A DNA stretch of 64,000 nt. Origin: Bacteroidota bacterium (GTDB lineage: Bacteria; Bacteroidota; Bacteroidia; Flavobacteriales_C; GCA-002722245). Position 1 is the stretch's first letter. The number at the start of each line of letters is the position of its first letter. The notes beneath the pieces were generated by a model, which had not been told where the DNA came from, did not search any database, and saw only the letters and a list, made by a program, of their open reading frames with translations. Shown here piece after piece: positions 41,598 to 52,848 of this stretch. The position numbers and the translations under genes were made by a program. Where the stretch lies: assembly GCA_026390935.1 (NCBI GenBank), contig JAPLEZ010000152.1, forward strand, positions 1,293 through 65,292, written 5' to 3'.

Positions 41598-42511
41598 TAT
41601 TTTAGGTAATAATCAATGAGTAGAGCAAGTTGAACAATTGGTAAATAAAGGAAAGAGCCAAACATGAGTTTGGTTGCTGACGCGATATCTAACTTTGTAT
41701 ATAAGGTGTAAGCCTGATACGCAAAAACACTTCCGGCTATGATGGCAACCACAGTGTAAAACATCCCTGACAGAAGGAAAGCACCAGGCAATAAGCTCAC
41801 AGGAATTAGGAAAAGAGAATAGAGTAAAATTTGAAAAGCACTGGCTTTGTCTCGTCCGCCAGGAGATGGCAGCATTTTAAATCCGGCCTTTGTATAGTCT
41901 TCATGCAATCTCCAGGCGATGGCCCAAAAGTGAGGAAATTGCCACATGAACTGCACTGCAAATACCGATAAGCCAAAGAAATTAATTTCATTGGCATAAG
42001 CTACCCATCCGATGAGTGGAGGCAAAGCACCTGGAAATGCTCCAACAAAAACTGCGAAAGGTGTTTTTCTTTTCATTGGCGTGTACACCAATGCATATAG
42101 TATTAAAGCGATGAGTCCAAGTAAACCGGTGAGCGGATTTAAATAGTAGCCCAAAATGAATACGCCACCGATGCCCATAATTGAAGCCAATATAATTCCT
42201 TCGGTAACGCTCATTTTATTTTGTGGAAGCGGACGGTTCATGGTGCGACTCATCAGCTTATCAAGATCTTTTTCAATCACTTGATTGTAGCCGTTAGACG
42301 CAGCAGTTACTAAAAATCCGCCTAGCGTAAGCCATAAAATTTGCATTCCTGTGTAATCCCCACCACCAGTTTTTACGGCTACTATAAAAGTGATCACCGC
42401 TGAAAACACCACTAAGGATGCGAGACGGAACTTAGAAAACTGAACGTACGAGGAAATCTTAGACAGTATTAGCGGAGAAGAAGATTGTATGTGGGCTTTT
42501 TCGGCTAACAA
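41597..42511 (-). CDS. ctaB: protoheme IX farnesyltransferase (heme O synthase)
   Basis: UbiA-family prenyltransferase with NGYNQVIEKDLDKLMSRTMNRPLP motif, nine TM segments. Confidence 0.85.
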   Translation of the reverse strand: MLAEKAHIQSSSPLILSKISSYVQFSKFRLASLVVFSAVITFIVAVKTGGGDYTGMQILWLTLGGFLVTAASNGYNQVIEKDLDKLMSRTMNRPLPQNKMSVTEGIILASIMGIGGVFILGYYLNPLTGLLGLIALILYALVYTPMKRKTPFAVFVGAFPGALPPLIGWVAYANEINFFGLSVFAVQFMWQFPHFWAIAWRLHEDYTKAGFKMLPSPGGRDKASAFQILLYSLFLIPVSLLPGAFLLSGMFYTVVAIIAGSVFAYQAYTLYTKLDIASATKLMFGSFLYLPIVQLALLIDYYLK

Positions 42512-42581
42512 GGTTGTACAGTTTTGACAAAAGTATTAATTAATTGTTTAGACTTTCGTTTTTTAACGATTGCCCTTGTTT

Positions 42582-44570
42582 TTATTTTTTTGAGGTCACC
42601 TTTTTGGGTTTTATGGCCTCTTCTTTTTTAATGGGTTGAGCTTCTTCAACTGCTTGCTCATAGTCTGAATGCGGTGCTGATACATCATATGTTCCGTCTT
42701 CTTTTAAATACAGTTCGTCAGGTTCACCCACAGGACCAGTGGTTGAGTCCAATGCATATGCGCTGTCAACTGCCACTGATTCGTAATCATAGTCGTTGTA
42801 AGAGTAACGATTTTTCTGTTCCAGGTAATACTGATTCATGCATTCTGTAAGGAAAGGCAGTACATTTGATTTGTCGCTGGTTTTATATTTCAAAGTTGTA
42901 GAGACACCAAACCAGGAAAAGCTTTGTTCGAAATGCAGTTTTCCCGCAGCTGACCTAAGCAATTTGTTGCTGCTGATAAGCGCGACTTCATCTAAACTAT
43001 CGGCGAGGGATTTCATTAATTTGTCGGCAGAAAAATCAAGGTACATGGTTTTGCCCTTGTAATTTTTTTTCGCTTTAGCGTTCAATTTTTTATCATAACC
43101 TTTATTCGGAATGACGTTGTATATGAAGCTGCTGTCGTTGGAAACAAAGAAAAGTTTATCAGTAATTTGAATGTACAATGCGCCGCCAATTTGATTTAAA
43201 TCGTTGTCTCTAATCACATAAACGTCGTTCTCTTTTACGTATACTTTGGATAGGTCCAAACCAATATCCATTAATTTTTCCAATTGTTTCGGATTGCCTG
43301 TAGAACCGATCAATGAAAAGGAAGGGACTTTATATTCGTTGAATTTAGTGACTTCGGTGGAATTGTAATCTTCATCGTAATCATAGGTGGTGTAGGAGAT
43401 GTTTTTTTTGCTGATGTTGTTGAGGCTGAAAATCATATCACCACGAACCAATTCGCCAATCCCTTTTTCATCCATAAAAGTTTGGAGAAACGTAATCACT
43501 CCAACGCCATATCTTCCGTAGCGCGGGATTTTGCTGTAAACGTCAGCCAAAATATCAAAGGTAAAATTGATGTAAGCTTCAGTATTTATTTTTATTCCGG
43601 CCGATAGTAGTGCATCTTCAGGAACATAATTGAATATACCCGGGTTGTATTTGCGTTTGTAAACCTTAAGCAATTTTTTGCGCAGCTCTTTGCCCATTTT
43701 GCTTTTGGCTTTAATTACTAGTTCGTCGTTGTTGAAGTATATGCCGATGTTCACTTTGGAATCAAGAAAAGGAAGCGCATTGTTTACTGGTGAAAAAATA
43801 TTTAAGGCACCGTAATATCTGAATTTCGCAGTCATAGCATCTAAGTAGATATTGTAAAGCCCTTTCATGTCCATATATGTTGCGATTGCAGCGTCCTGGT
43901 ACATTTTCTTCAAATATTTTCTTTTTGCCACCAGAGTGTTTGCGTGAAAAATTTTGTGAATGGCATTGGCGTCTCTTTCGTTCAATTGCTTTTCTTGTAG
44001 CACTTTTTCAGCATCGGTTAAATCCCATGAATTTTGAGTTTCCATGCGCAATGACATTCGGGCACCAACTATAAAAAGCTCATTGTTCCATGCCATGTGC
44101 AAATCTTTGTAGATAAAGAGCTTGAAATCATTGGCTGCCGAGTAATATACAGTGCTGTCGCCAACTGGAAACAGGAGATTAATGTTTTTTTCAAGTTCAG
44201 TGATGTTATTGATTTGAAAGTAGATATTGCTTTGTATGAGTGAATCTTCCTGACTTACTACAATATGCATATCGCTGTTTAAAGAAAGTCCAAACTTTTC
44301 AATGTCGTTGATTATTCCTGTTAGCAAAGAATCTGCATCTTGCTGGCGATTGAAAGGCACTTCCTGCATAAAAGCTTGAAAAAAGGCATACTCTTTTAGG
44401 GAGTCCAGCGGCTGACTTTTAAAAATTGTTGGTAAGGCGAAACGCCCGTACAACAAAGGATTTTCAGGCAAATATTTAATGAGATCCTGAGCATTCAAAT
44501 TAATAGATGCCGAGAGCAGGAATAAGAATAATAGTTTTTTCATTTGTAGTGTTTGTCTTTGATTTGCCAA
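42582..44570 (-). CDS. hypothetical secreted protein (662 aa)
   Basis: Signal peptide MKKLLFLFLLSASINLNAQ; Lys-rich C-terminal tail; no recognised domain. Confidence 0.45.
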   Translation of the reverse strand: MANQRQTLQMKKLLFLFLLSASINLNAQDLIKYLPENPLLYGRFALPTIFKSQPLDSLKEYAFFQAFMQEVPFNRQQDADSLLTGIINDIEKFGLSLNSDMHIVVSQEDSLIQSNIYFQINNITELEKNINLLFPVGDSTVYYSAANDFKLFIYKDLHMAWNNELFIVGARMSLRMETQNSWDLTDAEKVLQEKQLNERDANAIHKIFHANTLVAKRKYLKKMYQDAAIATYMDMKGLYNIYLDAMTAKFRYYGALNIFSPVNNALPFLDSKVNIGIYFNNDELVIKAKSKMGKELRKKLLKVYKRKYNPGIFNYVPEDALLSAGIKINTEAYINFTFDILADVYSKIPRYGRYGVGVITFLQTFMDEKGIGELVRGDMIFSLNNISKKNISYTTYDYDEDYNSTEVTKFNEYKVPSFSLIGSTGNPKQLEKLMDIGLDLSKVYVKENDVYVIRDNDLNQIGGALYIQITDKLFFVSNDSSFIYNVIPNKGYDKKLNAKAKKNYKGKTMYLDFSADKLMKSLADSLDEVALISSNKLLRSAAGKLHFEQSFSWFGVSTTLKYKTSDKSNVLPFLTECMNQYYLEQKNRYSYNDYDYESVAVDSAYALDSTTGPVGEPDELYLKEDGTYDVSAPHSDYEQAVEEAQPIKKEEAIKPKKVTSKK

Positions 44571-44599
44571 AAGTAGAAGAGATTCCGTAAAGTTTGGAA

Positions 44600-45253
44600 T
44601 TATTTAAATATTATTTGAGTATTCAGGTAATTGGGATCATTCACAAGGTTTTCCAGTGAGGAGCTGACGAACATATTTTTTTTGTCTTTGGATAATTTGC
44701 AGTTTTTGTTGCTACAAGTATTGATTTCTTTAGGGAAATGAATGATGCTGGTGTATGTACTTTGTGTAAAAAGTGCAGCGTACTCTTTTTTCTTTTTGGC
44801 CATGTCTTTTGCAGTCGTTTGTAGTTTATCCTTACGGTTAAAGCTATTTCCGCTTTGTGAGAAGGGGAAAAAATCATTGGTAGTTTTTTTGTCGGAAGTG
44901 AGTATGGAGTGTGCTTCTTTGAAAGAGTTGAGGTTATCGAAATCAAATTTCACAGTGAAGATGAACGATACATAATCTCTGGTAATGAGCACATTTTTTA
45001 TTCCTTTATGGGCTTTGAGGAGGTTTTCTTTTCGTTGAATTTCCTTTTCTATTTCGGGTTTTTTGGGAACATGAGAACCAAAAACACTATCAAGTTTCAT
45101 GTATGAATTGATTTGAACTTTGCTGGCGCTCATGTTAATCGTGACTTTATAAGTCCCAGAGTAATTGGCCTGAAAGCGAATGTCCTCAATGATTTCAAAG
45201 CATGATGAAAGAAATAGTACTGCGAAGAAGCAAAGTATCAGTCGCATTTTCAA
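44600..45253 (-). CDS. hypothetical lipoprotein
   Basis: Signal peptide with lipobox-like LSSCFE; no recognised domain. Confidence 0.45.
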   Translation of the reverse strand: MKMRLILCFFAVLFLSSCFEIIEDIRFQANYSGTYKVTINMSASKVQINSYMKLDSVFGSHVPKKPEIEKEIQRKENLLKAHKGIKNVLITRDYVSFIFTVKFDFDNLNSFKEAHSILTSDKKTTNDFFPFSQSGNSFNRKDKLQTTAKDMAKKKKEYAALFTQSTYTSIIHFPKEINTCSNKNCKLSKDKKNMFVSSSLENLVNDPNYLNTQIIFK

Positions 45254-46923
45254 AAGTCGTAATAGTAGTTATATAATGAGCTGCGTAATCCGAAATAGAG
45301 GTAACTTAAATCCGACGTCATTAGTGCATTAGATTGCTGGCGGGTCATCCAGCCGAGTTCAACACGAAGATTAGTTTTAGGATTTACCAAATACGCTACT
45401 TTGATATCGGTATATAATAAGGTATTTCGAAGACCTTGTCCGATTTGATGCCCGAAGTCACCATCTGTCCCCGAAATTTTAGCGCGATTGTAATTGTAAT
45501 TCAAGTTTACATTTTGTCCGAAATTTACATTTCCGCTGTCGGCGCCATAAACTGCATAGCTGATTCTTGATTCAATGAAAAATCGTTTGTGGTGATAATT
45601 TAAAAAGGCCAAACCTTCTACAAAATTGGCGCCCAGTGGATGTGCAAGAGGCATGTTGTAATGCGTGTATGTGCTTGATGAATACTGCGCTGTGGCCGAA
45701 TCACCGTAATGCGAGTAAGTATATGGCCGCACCATATTTCCTTCTACCTGCAAATTCAGGTTTTTGATTTTAAACAAATCAAAGGACTTCATTCCTAGTT
45801 GAAATCCGAATTTATTTCCCCACCATCCTGGTGCTTTTTTGAGCAATTGAAAGTTGAATTCATCTATCATCACCTGACCGTACAAGTAGCTTTTGTTGTT
45901 GAGTTTAAATTTGGAGGTGGCGCCCATCAAAACATTGTCGGAAGAGCCGTTGGCAAATTCCACTGGTCGGAGGAAAATTACCGGATTGAGGTATTGAAAC
46001 TCATACATTCGGTCATTGGACGCAGCAGAAACAATGGCTTCAAAAAAACTAAGGTTCCAGCGTTTGGTGACATTCCAGCTGAGATAATGGAAGTTGCCGT
46101 ATTTTTTTGGAAGCAGCGCATCCTGCTGTCCGCCAAAACCAATTTGCTGAAACTGCGTGAACAGATTGATGTATTCAATGTTCCAGAACTTGGTAGTAAT
46201 TTTTATAAAAGGATAATTGAAAGCATTGTCCGACAGCAATAAAGAGCGGTAACCATCGCCTATGAACAATTTGTCGTGACCGAACTGGAAGTTAAAATGT
46301 TTGTTCGGACTGTAAGAAATCAATCCGTTGGCACGATTGTAATCGTAGCCCACCGTATCCTTAAACAATTTTGCCCTTCCTTGTCCAGGTATCACTGCAT
46401 TGTTTGCATTTATAAAATCATTGACATAAGGAAGGAATTTACCTTGAGATTCCAGGAAAGAGGAAGAAAAGAAAAATTTCTTTCCAATCTGTCCTTCTAC
46501 CAAAAAACCTCTGGTATTGGTGAAGGTAGTAGATTTATTGTCGATGGTTTTTCCGTAAGCAAAATCAAACAAAGGATTTATGTTGATTTTAAAATCATCT
46601 TTTTTTCCAACGGAAATTAGGTCTTCATCATTGATTTTTCTTTCGGCCCATTTTAGTCCTTTGCTCCACCAAGTTGTTCCCAATAAGTACCAATGTTGCT
46701 CTCTGTTGAATTGACGGAAAACAGTATCGGTGCTCTCCTGAACAACCTGATAAATAAAGGGTCGGAAGGAGGTATGAACGTTTTGATCGAGTTTATTTAC
46801 ATCTTTTTCAATCAATTCATTCCATTGATGATTCAAAGGGAAGTTTACTGTTTGTGAAAAAGCAGAGGTGACAATGCTTAGCTGAAATACAATGAAAAAT
46901 AATTTGCTGTAGGTCGCTTTCAT
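45250..46923 (-). CDS. outer-membrane beta-barrel protein, possibly capsule-assembly Wzi family
   Basis: Signal peptide, long beta-rich sequence ending in aromatic residues, located in a polysaccharide-biosynthesis cluster; family assignment tentative. Confidence 0.4.
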   Translation of the reverse strand: MKATYSKLFFIVFQLSIVTSAFSQTVNFPLNHQWNELIEKDVNKLDQNVHTSFRPFIYQVVQESTDTVFRQFNREQHWYLLGTTWWSKGLKWAERKINDEDLISVGKKDDFKININPLFDFAYGKTIDNKSTTFTNTRGFLVEGQIGKKFFFSSSFLESQGKFLPYVNDFINANNAVIPGQGRAKLFKDTVGYDYNRANGLISYSPNKHFNFQFGHDKLFIGDGYRSLLLSDNAFNYPFIKITTKFWNIEYINLFTQFQQIGFGGQQDALLPKKYGNFHYLSWNVTKRWNLSFFEAIVSAASNDRMYEFQYLNPVIFLRPVEFANGSSDNVLMGATSKFKLNNKSYLYGQVMIDEFNFQLLKKAPGWWGNKFGFQLGMKSFDLFKIKNLNLQVEGNMVRPYTYSHYGDSATAQYSSSTYTHYNMPLAHPLGANFVEGLAFLNYHHKRFFIESRISYAVYGADSGNVNFGQNVNLNYNYNRAKISGTDGDFGHQIGQGLRNTLLYTDIKVAYLVNPKTNLRVELGWMTRQQSNALMTSDLSYLYFGLRSSLYNYYYDF

Positions 46924-48014
46924 TAAACGGTATCCGAAATAGATTGTGCTGCCTTATTTTTTTTCAATATTAAAGAAGGGGTATATGCCAAAAAGCTGCA
47001 AATTCCTATTACTATCAATAGCATCCAAAGGCCGCCTACATTAAAATATTGCAGAGTGATTACTAGAGCGATGATGAATATATTACCCAACACGATGGTG
47101 ATAGAGGATTGAACGTGGGTTAAGCCCAAGTCGAGCAGTCGGTGATGAATATGATTTTGATCAGGGTGCAGCGGTGATTTGCCATCCATTAATCTTAAAG
47201 TAAATACTCTTAAGGTGTCAAACAATGGTGCTATCAATATTCCGAAAGCTACGATTGGCACAGAGTTGAACTGGTAAGTTAGAAATTCACCTTTCAGTCC
47301 TGCATTGATGTCGATGAACTTGATGGTTAAAACCCCAATTACTAAACCAGAGATTAGGGAACCGGTATCTCCCATGAAAATTTTGGCCGGACTAATGTTA
47401 TAGTACAAAAATGCCAGCAAGGCAGCCATGGTGGTGAAAGCCAGTATTGACCAGTCCATTTCATGACCAGATAAATAAAACCAGCAACCGAAAACAGCTA
47501 AAATTAAAATGCCTACCGAAGCGGCCAAGGTGTTGATGCCATCAATAAGGTTGAAACCATTCATGATCACCAGGATGGTGAATATTGAAAGGGCAATACT
47601 TAAGTACTCGTTGATCTCTTCGATGCCCATGAATCCGTAAAACCCATGCAATCTTACGTCGCCTAAAACCACTACTATGGTAACGGCTACAATCTGACCA
47701 AGCATTTTTTTCACTGGTGCAATCACGATGATGTCATCTTTCATGCCTATAAAAAACACGACTACAATGGCACAAGTGATGAATCTTCTTTCGGGAAAGA
47801 CAGCATTTGAAAAGAGGCATAAGGACACGATGAGTCCTGCAAATATGGCGAGTCCGCCTAAAGTGGGTATTCTTTGTGTATGAGATTTTCTTTCATCGGG
47901 TTCATCTAACAAGTGCTTTATTTTAGCAATATTGATGATAGATGGAATGGAAAAAAAACAAATGAGGAATGCCGTGAGACAAGACAATAATATTAACTCC
48001 GCGTTTGATAACAT
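46923..48014 (-). CDS. MraY/WecA-family glycosyl-1-phosphate transferase (undecaprenyl-phosphate sugar-phosphotransferase)
   Basis: NGFNLIDGINTLAA and MGDTGSL motifs, 10-11 TM segments. Confidence 0.8.
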   Translation of the reverse strand: MLSNAELILLSCLTAFLICFFSIPSIINIAKIKHLLDEPDERKSHTQRIPTLGGLAIFAGLIVSLCLFSNAVFPERRFITCAIVVVFFIGMKDDIIVIAPVKKMLGQIVAVTIVVVLGDVRLHGFYGFMGIEEINEYLSIALSIFTILVIMNGFNLIDGINTLAASVGILILAVFGCWFYLSGHEMDWSILAFTTMAALLAFLYYNISPAKIFMGDTGSLISGLVIGVLTIKFIDINAGLKGEFLTYQFNSVPIVAFGILIAPLFDTLRVFTLRLMDGKSPLHPDQNHIHHRLLDLGLTHVQSSITIVLGNIFIIALVITLQYFNVGGLWMLLIVIGICSFLAYTPSLILKKNKAAQSISDTV

Positions 48015-48095
48015 TGATTCCGTTTAATGTTGCAAAAATATCAAAATAAAGATATGGTTTAAAAATAATGTGGAAACTACCCAAAAAAGGTAGGT

Positions 48096-49307
48096 TTAAT
48101 TGAGCTCTTTTAGATAGCTGAGCATCTTTTCAGCGAGCTTTACACGGTCGAATTCCTTCACCAATTCCTCACAGCCTTTTTGAAATTCGGCATACAAAAG
48201 CTTGTCGTCTTTCATTTCATATAAGCAGTTCAAAAAGGAGTCTTTGTCTTCGGGAATGAAGCACAATCCGGCATTAAAATTTTCTATTATTTCCTTGGAT
48301 TCCCCTTCAACACCAAGGAGAATAGGTTTTCTCATGGCGGCCGACTCAAATATTTTGGATGGGATAACGGTTTTAAAAGTATCCGATCTTTTTAAGTGAA
48401 CGAGGGCAACATCCACTATAGAAACGTAATCGATGACTTTGTCTTTTGGAACGTTATCCAGAAACATAACATTGGTGATTCCTTTCTCTTTGGCGATGCG
48501 CAATAAATTTTGTTTTTCAGCACCTTCCCCCAGAAACAAAAAGTGAACATTATCGTTTTCTGTTTCTTTGGCAAAATTCAAGAAAAAGTCGAGTTTGTGC
48601 GCCATTCCATGCGTTCCTATATAACCTACAATAAATTTATCCTCTAAACCTAATTCTTTCAATAATTCGGCGCTTTTGTCTTTTGGTTGAAAGAGGTTGA
48701 GGTTAGCGCCATTTTTCACCACATGAATTTTATTGTCGTCGATCCCGCGTCCTGCGATGTTCTTTTTAAAGGCTTCCGTCACAGTAATAATCATGGTGGC
48801 ACGGCGGTACAGAAACATTTCCAGTTTCTCCAGGTACTTGAAAATCTTACTATCTTCTTTTATGGCACTAACTGCTTTAATGGATTCGGGCCAAAGGTCG
48901 CGGACTTCAAACACCCAAGGTTTTCTTTTAAAAACCGATAGTAGCCATCCTGTGGGAGTTGTAAAAAACTGAGGGGAGGTAGCAATAATCAAATCGGTTT
49001 TAACAAACAAACCAGCCCAAAAAGCCATAAAACCAAAGCTCATGAAATCTAAAATTCTTTTTACAAATCCTTCGTTGGCAGTGATGTACGACCAAACGCG
49101 AATCACTTTAATGCCATTGATGTATTCTACTTGTCGGAGTTTGTTTTTATAGCCAGGATAAACTTTTCCTTTCGGGAAATTTGGAGCGCAGGTAATTACA
49201 GTGACTTCAACACCTTGTTTCATCCATTCCATACAATGCTCGTAGGTACGGGTGGCGGGAGCATTGACTTCCGGTGGAAAATTATCTGTAATAAATAAAA
49301 TACGCAT
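48096..49307 (-). CDS. glycosyltransferase family 4 protein (WbuB-like)
   Basis: MRILFITDNFPPEVNAPATR N-terminus, GT4 E-x7-E region. Confidence 0.8.
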   Translation of the reverse strand: MRILFITDNFPPEVNAPATRTYEHCMEWMKQGVEVTVITCAPNFPKGKVYPGYKNKLRQVEYINGIKVIRVWSYITANEGFVKRILDFMSFGFMAFWAGLFVKTDLIIATSPQFFTTPTGWLLSVFKRKPWVFEVRDLWPESIKAVSAIKEDSKIFKYLEKLEMFLYRRATMIITVTEAFKKNIAGRGIDDNKIHVVKNGANLNLFQPKDKSAELLKELGLEDKFIVGYIGTHGMAHKLDFFLNFAKETENDNVHFLFLGEGAEKQNLLRIAKEKGITNVMFLDNVPKDKVIDYVSIVDVALVHLKRSDTFKTVIPSKIFESAAMRKPILLGVEGESKEIIENFNAGLCFIPEDKDSFLNCLYEMKDDKLLYAEFQKGCEELVKEFDRVKLAEKMLSYLKELN

Positions 49308-49309
49308 TT

Positions 49310-50857
49310 CTATACTTTCACCCTTGAGACAGAAGTGTTTATGTCGCTTTCAAATTCAATTACGGCTTTCGTGCCTTCCTCTAATGTATTAAATTCTTCT
49401 GAAAGGGTATACTTTTGCAAAGATACGTTTTTTACCTTATCGAAAGATATTTTCCATTTGTCGGCTTGCAATATATTGTTATTCAAAACAACATTGACAG
49501 AGGGGTGGAAGTGAATATTAAACGTGCCTATTAAATTGCTTCCTTCGAGCGTGTCACTAATCGTAAATTCTCTGTCATTTATTTTCTTCCAGCTTCTATA
49601 GTGGATGCAGTCGCTATAGCCATTGTGGTGGCCAGTAATTTCATTTTTTTGTTCTACATCAATAATAACAGTGCACCTTTTACCTACGCGGAAACCTCCC
49701 CAGGTGTCCACCTGATTTTGCTCACCTACTTGTACAGTGTTGTGATTTTTTGTGGAGCGTTCTTCTTCCCGACGATGATTCTTGTCATAAGTTGAAATTC
49801 CTGGATCAACAATGATGGGTTGTTGGTCGTACAATACAAAAGAAAAAATATCGGCGTGGGCGTGACCAGGAATATAATCGGGTCCGATTTTCCCGATGTC
49901 CATTACGAGTTCAGCGCCATCAATGTCCCATTTTCTGTATCCCGAATCGGAAAGCGCAGCAATACCAATAGAAAGGTTTAAGCGCTTTGCATAAGCGAAT
50001 ATCTCCGCAGAGCTGGGGGCAATATTTTTTGCCGAGTCATTCAATAATGGGATGTCGCCATTTTTCATCGTAATGGTGTTGAGCCACGCGAGCATTTTTT
50101 CGGCATAAGATTTTAACAATGCCTTTTCGTTTTGCTCCTTGGAGAAATTGTAGCAGTCGAGTAACCGAGTGAGAATAATTTGATGGTACATCGGACTCAA
50201 TTCAAAATGACCGCAATCTTGTAAAATTTGTTCCTTCAATTCTGATTCGATCAATGAAAAACCTTTCTTCTTCAATTTCTCATCGTTGAAATACAATCCA
50301 CCAATATATAAGGCAAAAGCATTTTCCAAAAGATGATTGCCCAAAAGATGGTATTCAACATGTTTGTTTAAAATACAGTACTGACTGTATAAACTCTGGT
50401 CGATGGCCTTGTCCTCAATTTTATGTTTGCAAATAAATTTTATCCAATTTATGCCGCGCAAGGAAATTGGGTAAGGCTCGTTAGCGTTTTGGAGGTGTTG
50501 CAATTGACTTTCGAAATTCTCCATCAAAGCCAATCCTTCTTCTTTCGTGATAGAGGCCTGATTTAAAAAATCAAAATAATTTAGGTTGTAGGTCCATAAC
50601 TTTCCGTTCAGCGCATAATCCCAGTTGATTGCTTCAAAAGTGACTGACCGATTCAAAAATGTAAAAGTGTTTTGCTTTGCAGATTCGTTGGCAGGGATCC
50701 ACTCGGTAAAACGTAAAATTCTTCCTTGTTTATACTTGTTGAATTTTGGTCGATAGCCGGTAAATTTTCTGAATAGCGCACGAAACTTATAATAAAGCTG
50801 ATAAAAAATCTGCTTTGCCTTGAGGTGTTTTAATGTATGATAATAGCGGGACAACAT
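49310..50857 (-). CDS. heparinase II/III-like family protein
   Basis: MLSRYYHTLKHLKAKQIFYQLYYKF N-terminus typical of heparinase II/III-like proteins of O-antigen/capsule loci. Confidence 0.65.
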   Translation of the reverse strand: MLSRYYHTLKHLKAKQIFYQLYYKFRALFRKFTGYRPKFNKYKQGRILRFTEWIPANESAKQNTFTFLNRSVTFEAINWDYALNGKLWTYNLNYFDFLNQASITKEEGLALMENFESQLQHLQNANEPYPISLRGINWIKFICKHKIEDKAIDQSLYSQYCILNKHVEYHLLGNHLLENAFALYIGGLYFNDEKLKKKGFSLIESELKEQILQDCGHFELSPMYHQIILTRLLDCYNFSKEQNEKALLKSYAEKMLAWLNTITMKNGDIPLLNDSAKNIAPSSAEIFAYAKRLNLSIGIAALSDSGYRKWDIDGAELVMDIGKIGPDYIPGHAHADIFSFVLYDQQPIIVDPGISTYDKNHRREEERSTKNHNTVQVGEQNQVDTWGGFRVGKRCTVIIDVEQKNEITGHHNGYSDCIHYRSWKKINDREFTISDTLEGSNLIGTFNIHFHPSVNVVLNNNILQADKWKISFDKVKNVSLQKYTLSEEFNTLEEGTKAVIEFESDINTSVSRVKV

Positions 50858-50870
50858 AGCCCGAAGATAA

Positions 50871-52265
50871 TTATTTTTGATAGTATAATTTCTCTTCCTT
50901 AATTATGCCCCAATACTGAAGTAGTTTGCAATTGGTCCTTGAATCTTCTGGTTTTGTGAATTTTCCCCAAGCTATTATTCCGCAATTGCTGTTGATCAAC
51001 ACTATTTTTTCCTTTGATTCCGCCAGTTGGTGCAGCGCATTTTTTTCGCATACATTTCTGTCGAATTTTGCTTTATCTGTAAAAGTGAAAATGCAAGAAA
51101 AAAGTACAATGACGGACAAGTAAATTGTTTTTTTCTTGCCCGTAAAACTTTTAATTAAAAAGACTGAAGAAGCGCCAAAGTAAAAAATCAAACACAACGT
51201 AACGGGTAAGAACGTATCGTAACGAATGATGTTTTCACGGTAGTTTTTATATCCTCCTAAAGGAAGTAGAAGGATGTATAGTAAAGAAAATAGACTGATC
51301 CATTTCAATGTCCGCAACAATTTGGAGCCTTCCTCATTATGGAAATATTTTTTGATGAACAAGCTGTTTGCAATGATCAGCAGAAGTATCAGCGGCCATG
51401 CTATACGTGCACTAAAAATAAAATACAAACCTTTTGGCAATCGGGAATACCTTTCCAAAAGTCCTACATTTTCACCAATAAATATGGAGTTGTTCCTTCC
51501 GATGTAAAGCGAGTAGATGCTTACCAAAGAAATCAAAATTAATATGGTAAGATAAAACGGCGGAATTTCTTTTATTTTTTTTCGTGGATCATTAAAAATG
51601 AAAAGAAGAGAGAGCACCAACACAACTCCCGGATTTAATGGTCCGCTCAAAGGTAAAGCAATGGCCAACACAACAAGAAATATTTTGCCGAGCAAGGAAT
51701 TGTCGGGAGATTTCTTTTGAAAATATATTTGAAAAAATGGCTTATAAAACAGCAATAAAAAAGCACAAGGCAAGGCGTAAAAAAAGCTATAGGTGATGGA
51801 TTGGTCGATAATGCCCATATAAGCCTGATAGCCATTGTTCTGAAAGAGAGGAGTGATGATTACGGCAGCAATCAGGAATTCTATTTTGAAAATGTTTTTG
51901 CTTCCCGAAATGAAAAAAGCCAGTAAATAGAGAATCATTGTTTGGATCAATATTTTGGCAATTGCACAGGATAAATAAACGCTGTTGATTGGGTCGGTTA
52001 TTTTTTGGAGCAACAGAGGAATATTTTTAAAGTATTCTGCAAAAGTCCAGTGCACAAAAAAACGATTGGGGTTAGAATACATTTCATTTTTCGTGATAAC
52101 GCCAATACCAAAAGGATCTTCAAATATTTTTTTTACATCTTCATTAATAATTATCCCTCCTGCAACATCGCCATCCAGTGGAGTGGTGTAATGTTGGAAG
52201 AATGAAAAACTCAAATCGGCCATTAAGGCGACAAAAAGAAAATATATAATATACCGTTTCGACAT
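50871..52265 (-). CDS. polytopic membrane protein, hypothetical (possible polysaccharide polymerase/ligase)
   Basis: About 12 predicted TM segments, first gene of glycan cluster operon. Confidence 0.4.
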   Translation of the reverse strand: MSKRYIIYFLFVALMADLSFSFFQHYTTPLDGDVAGGIIINEDVKKIFEDPFGIGVITKNEMYSNPNRFFVHWTFAEYFKNIPLLLQKITDPINSVYLSCAIAKILIQTMILYLLAFFISGSKNIFKIEFLIAAVIITPLFQNNGYQAYMGIIDQSITYSFFYALPCAFLLLFYKPFFQIYFQKKSPDNSLLGKIFLVVLAIALPLSGPLNPGVVLVLSLLFIFNDPRKKIKEIPPFYLTILILISLVSIYSLYIGRNNSIFIGENVGLLERYSRLPKGLYFIFSARIAWPLILLLIIANSLFIKKYFHNEEGSKLLRTLKWISLFSLLYILLLPLGGYKNYRENIIRYDTFLPVTLCLIFYFGASSVFLIKSFTGKKKTIYLSVIVLFSCIFTFTDKAKFDRNVCEKNALHQLAESKEKIVLINSNCGIIAWGKFTKPEDSRTNCKLLQYWGIIKEEKLYYQK

Positions 52266-52404
52266 GAGTTGAAAGATACTAAAAAAGCTATTTACTTAAT
52301 TCTCTGTAAATCAATAGCATCAATTATTTCAGAAATTTCACACCGTAAATTGGTTATGGTTTGTCCACTTACTTTAGACTTCTAACCTTAAGGAAGAGCT
52401 AAAG

Positions 52405-52749
52405 ATGGAAAATCAAATCACTCCGGTGGCACAAACCATTCTGGATCAAATACAATATACCGATTGCTGTGCTTTAAAGGCTTGGGGAGCCAGCGAATTT
52501 TATTCGGTTCCTGCTTCTAAAGAATACCAAGGCGGATTGCAATTTACGGTTGACGGTGTGGAGTTTAAGGGAACAGTGAAAATTGAATTGCGTTGGATTG
52601 ACGATTATGTTGTTTCATTTATTAAGAGTGGAAAAATTCGACATCAAGTGAAATCCGTGTATTATGATATGCTGGTGGATGTGATTGATTATGTGGAAGG
52701 AAAACAACCCAATACCAGCAATAAAAATTTAAAGTATAAATTATGGTAG
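52405..52749 (+). CDS. hypothetical protein (114 aa)
   Basis: ORF with plausible start; no recognised domain. Confidence 0.4.
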   Translation: MENQITPVAQTILDQIQYTDCCALKAWGASEFYSVPASKEYQGGLQFTVDGVEFKGTVKIELRWIDDYVVSFIKSGKIRHQVKSVYYDMLVDVIDYVEGKQPNTSNKNLKYKLW

Positions 52750-52848
52750 TCAATAACAAGTCTGCAAAATCGCAGGACAAAACATCACTATAGTCATTTT
52801 TATAGGAGGTTTAAGTCGGTAAATTTATTTTCATTTATAAATTTCCCT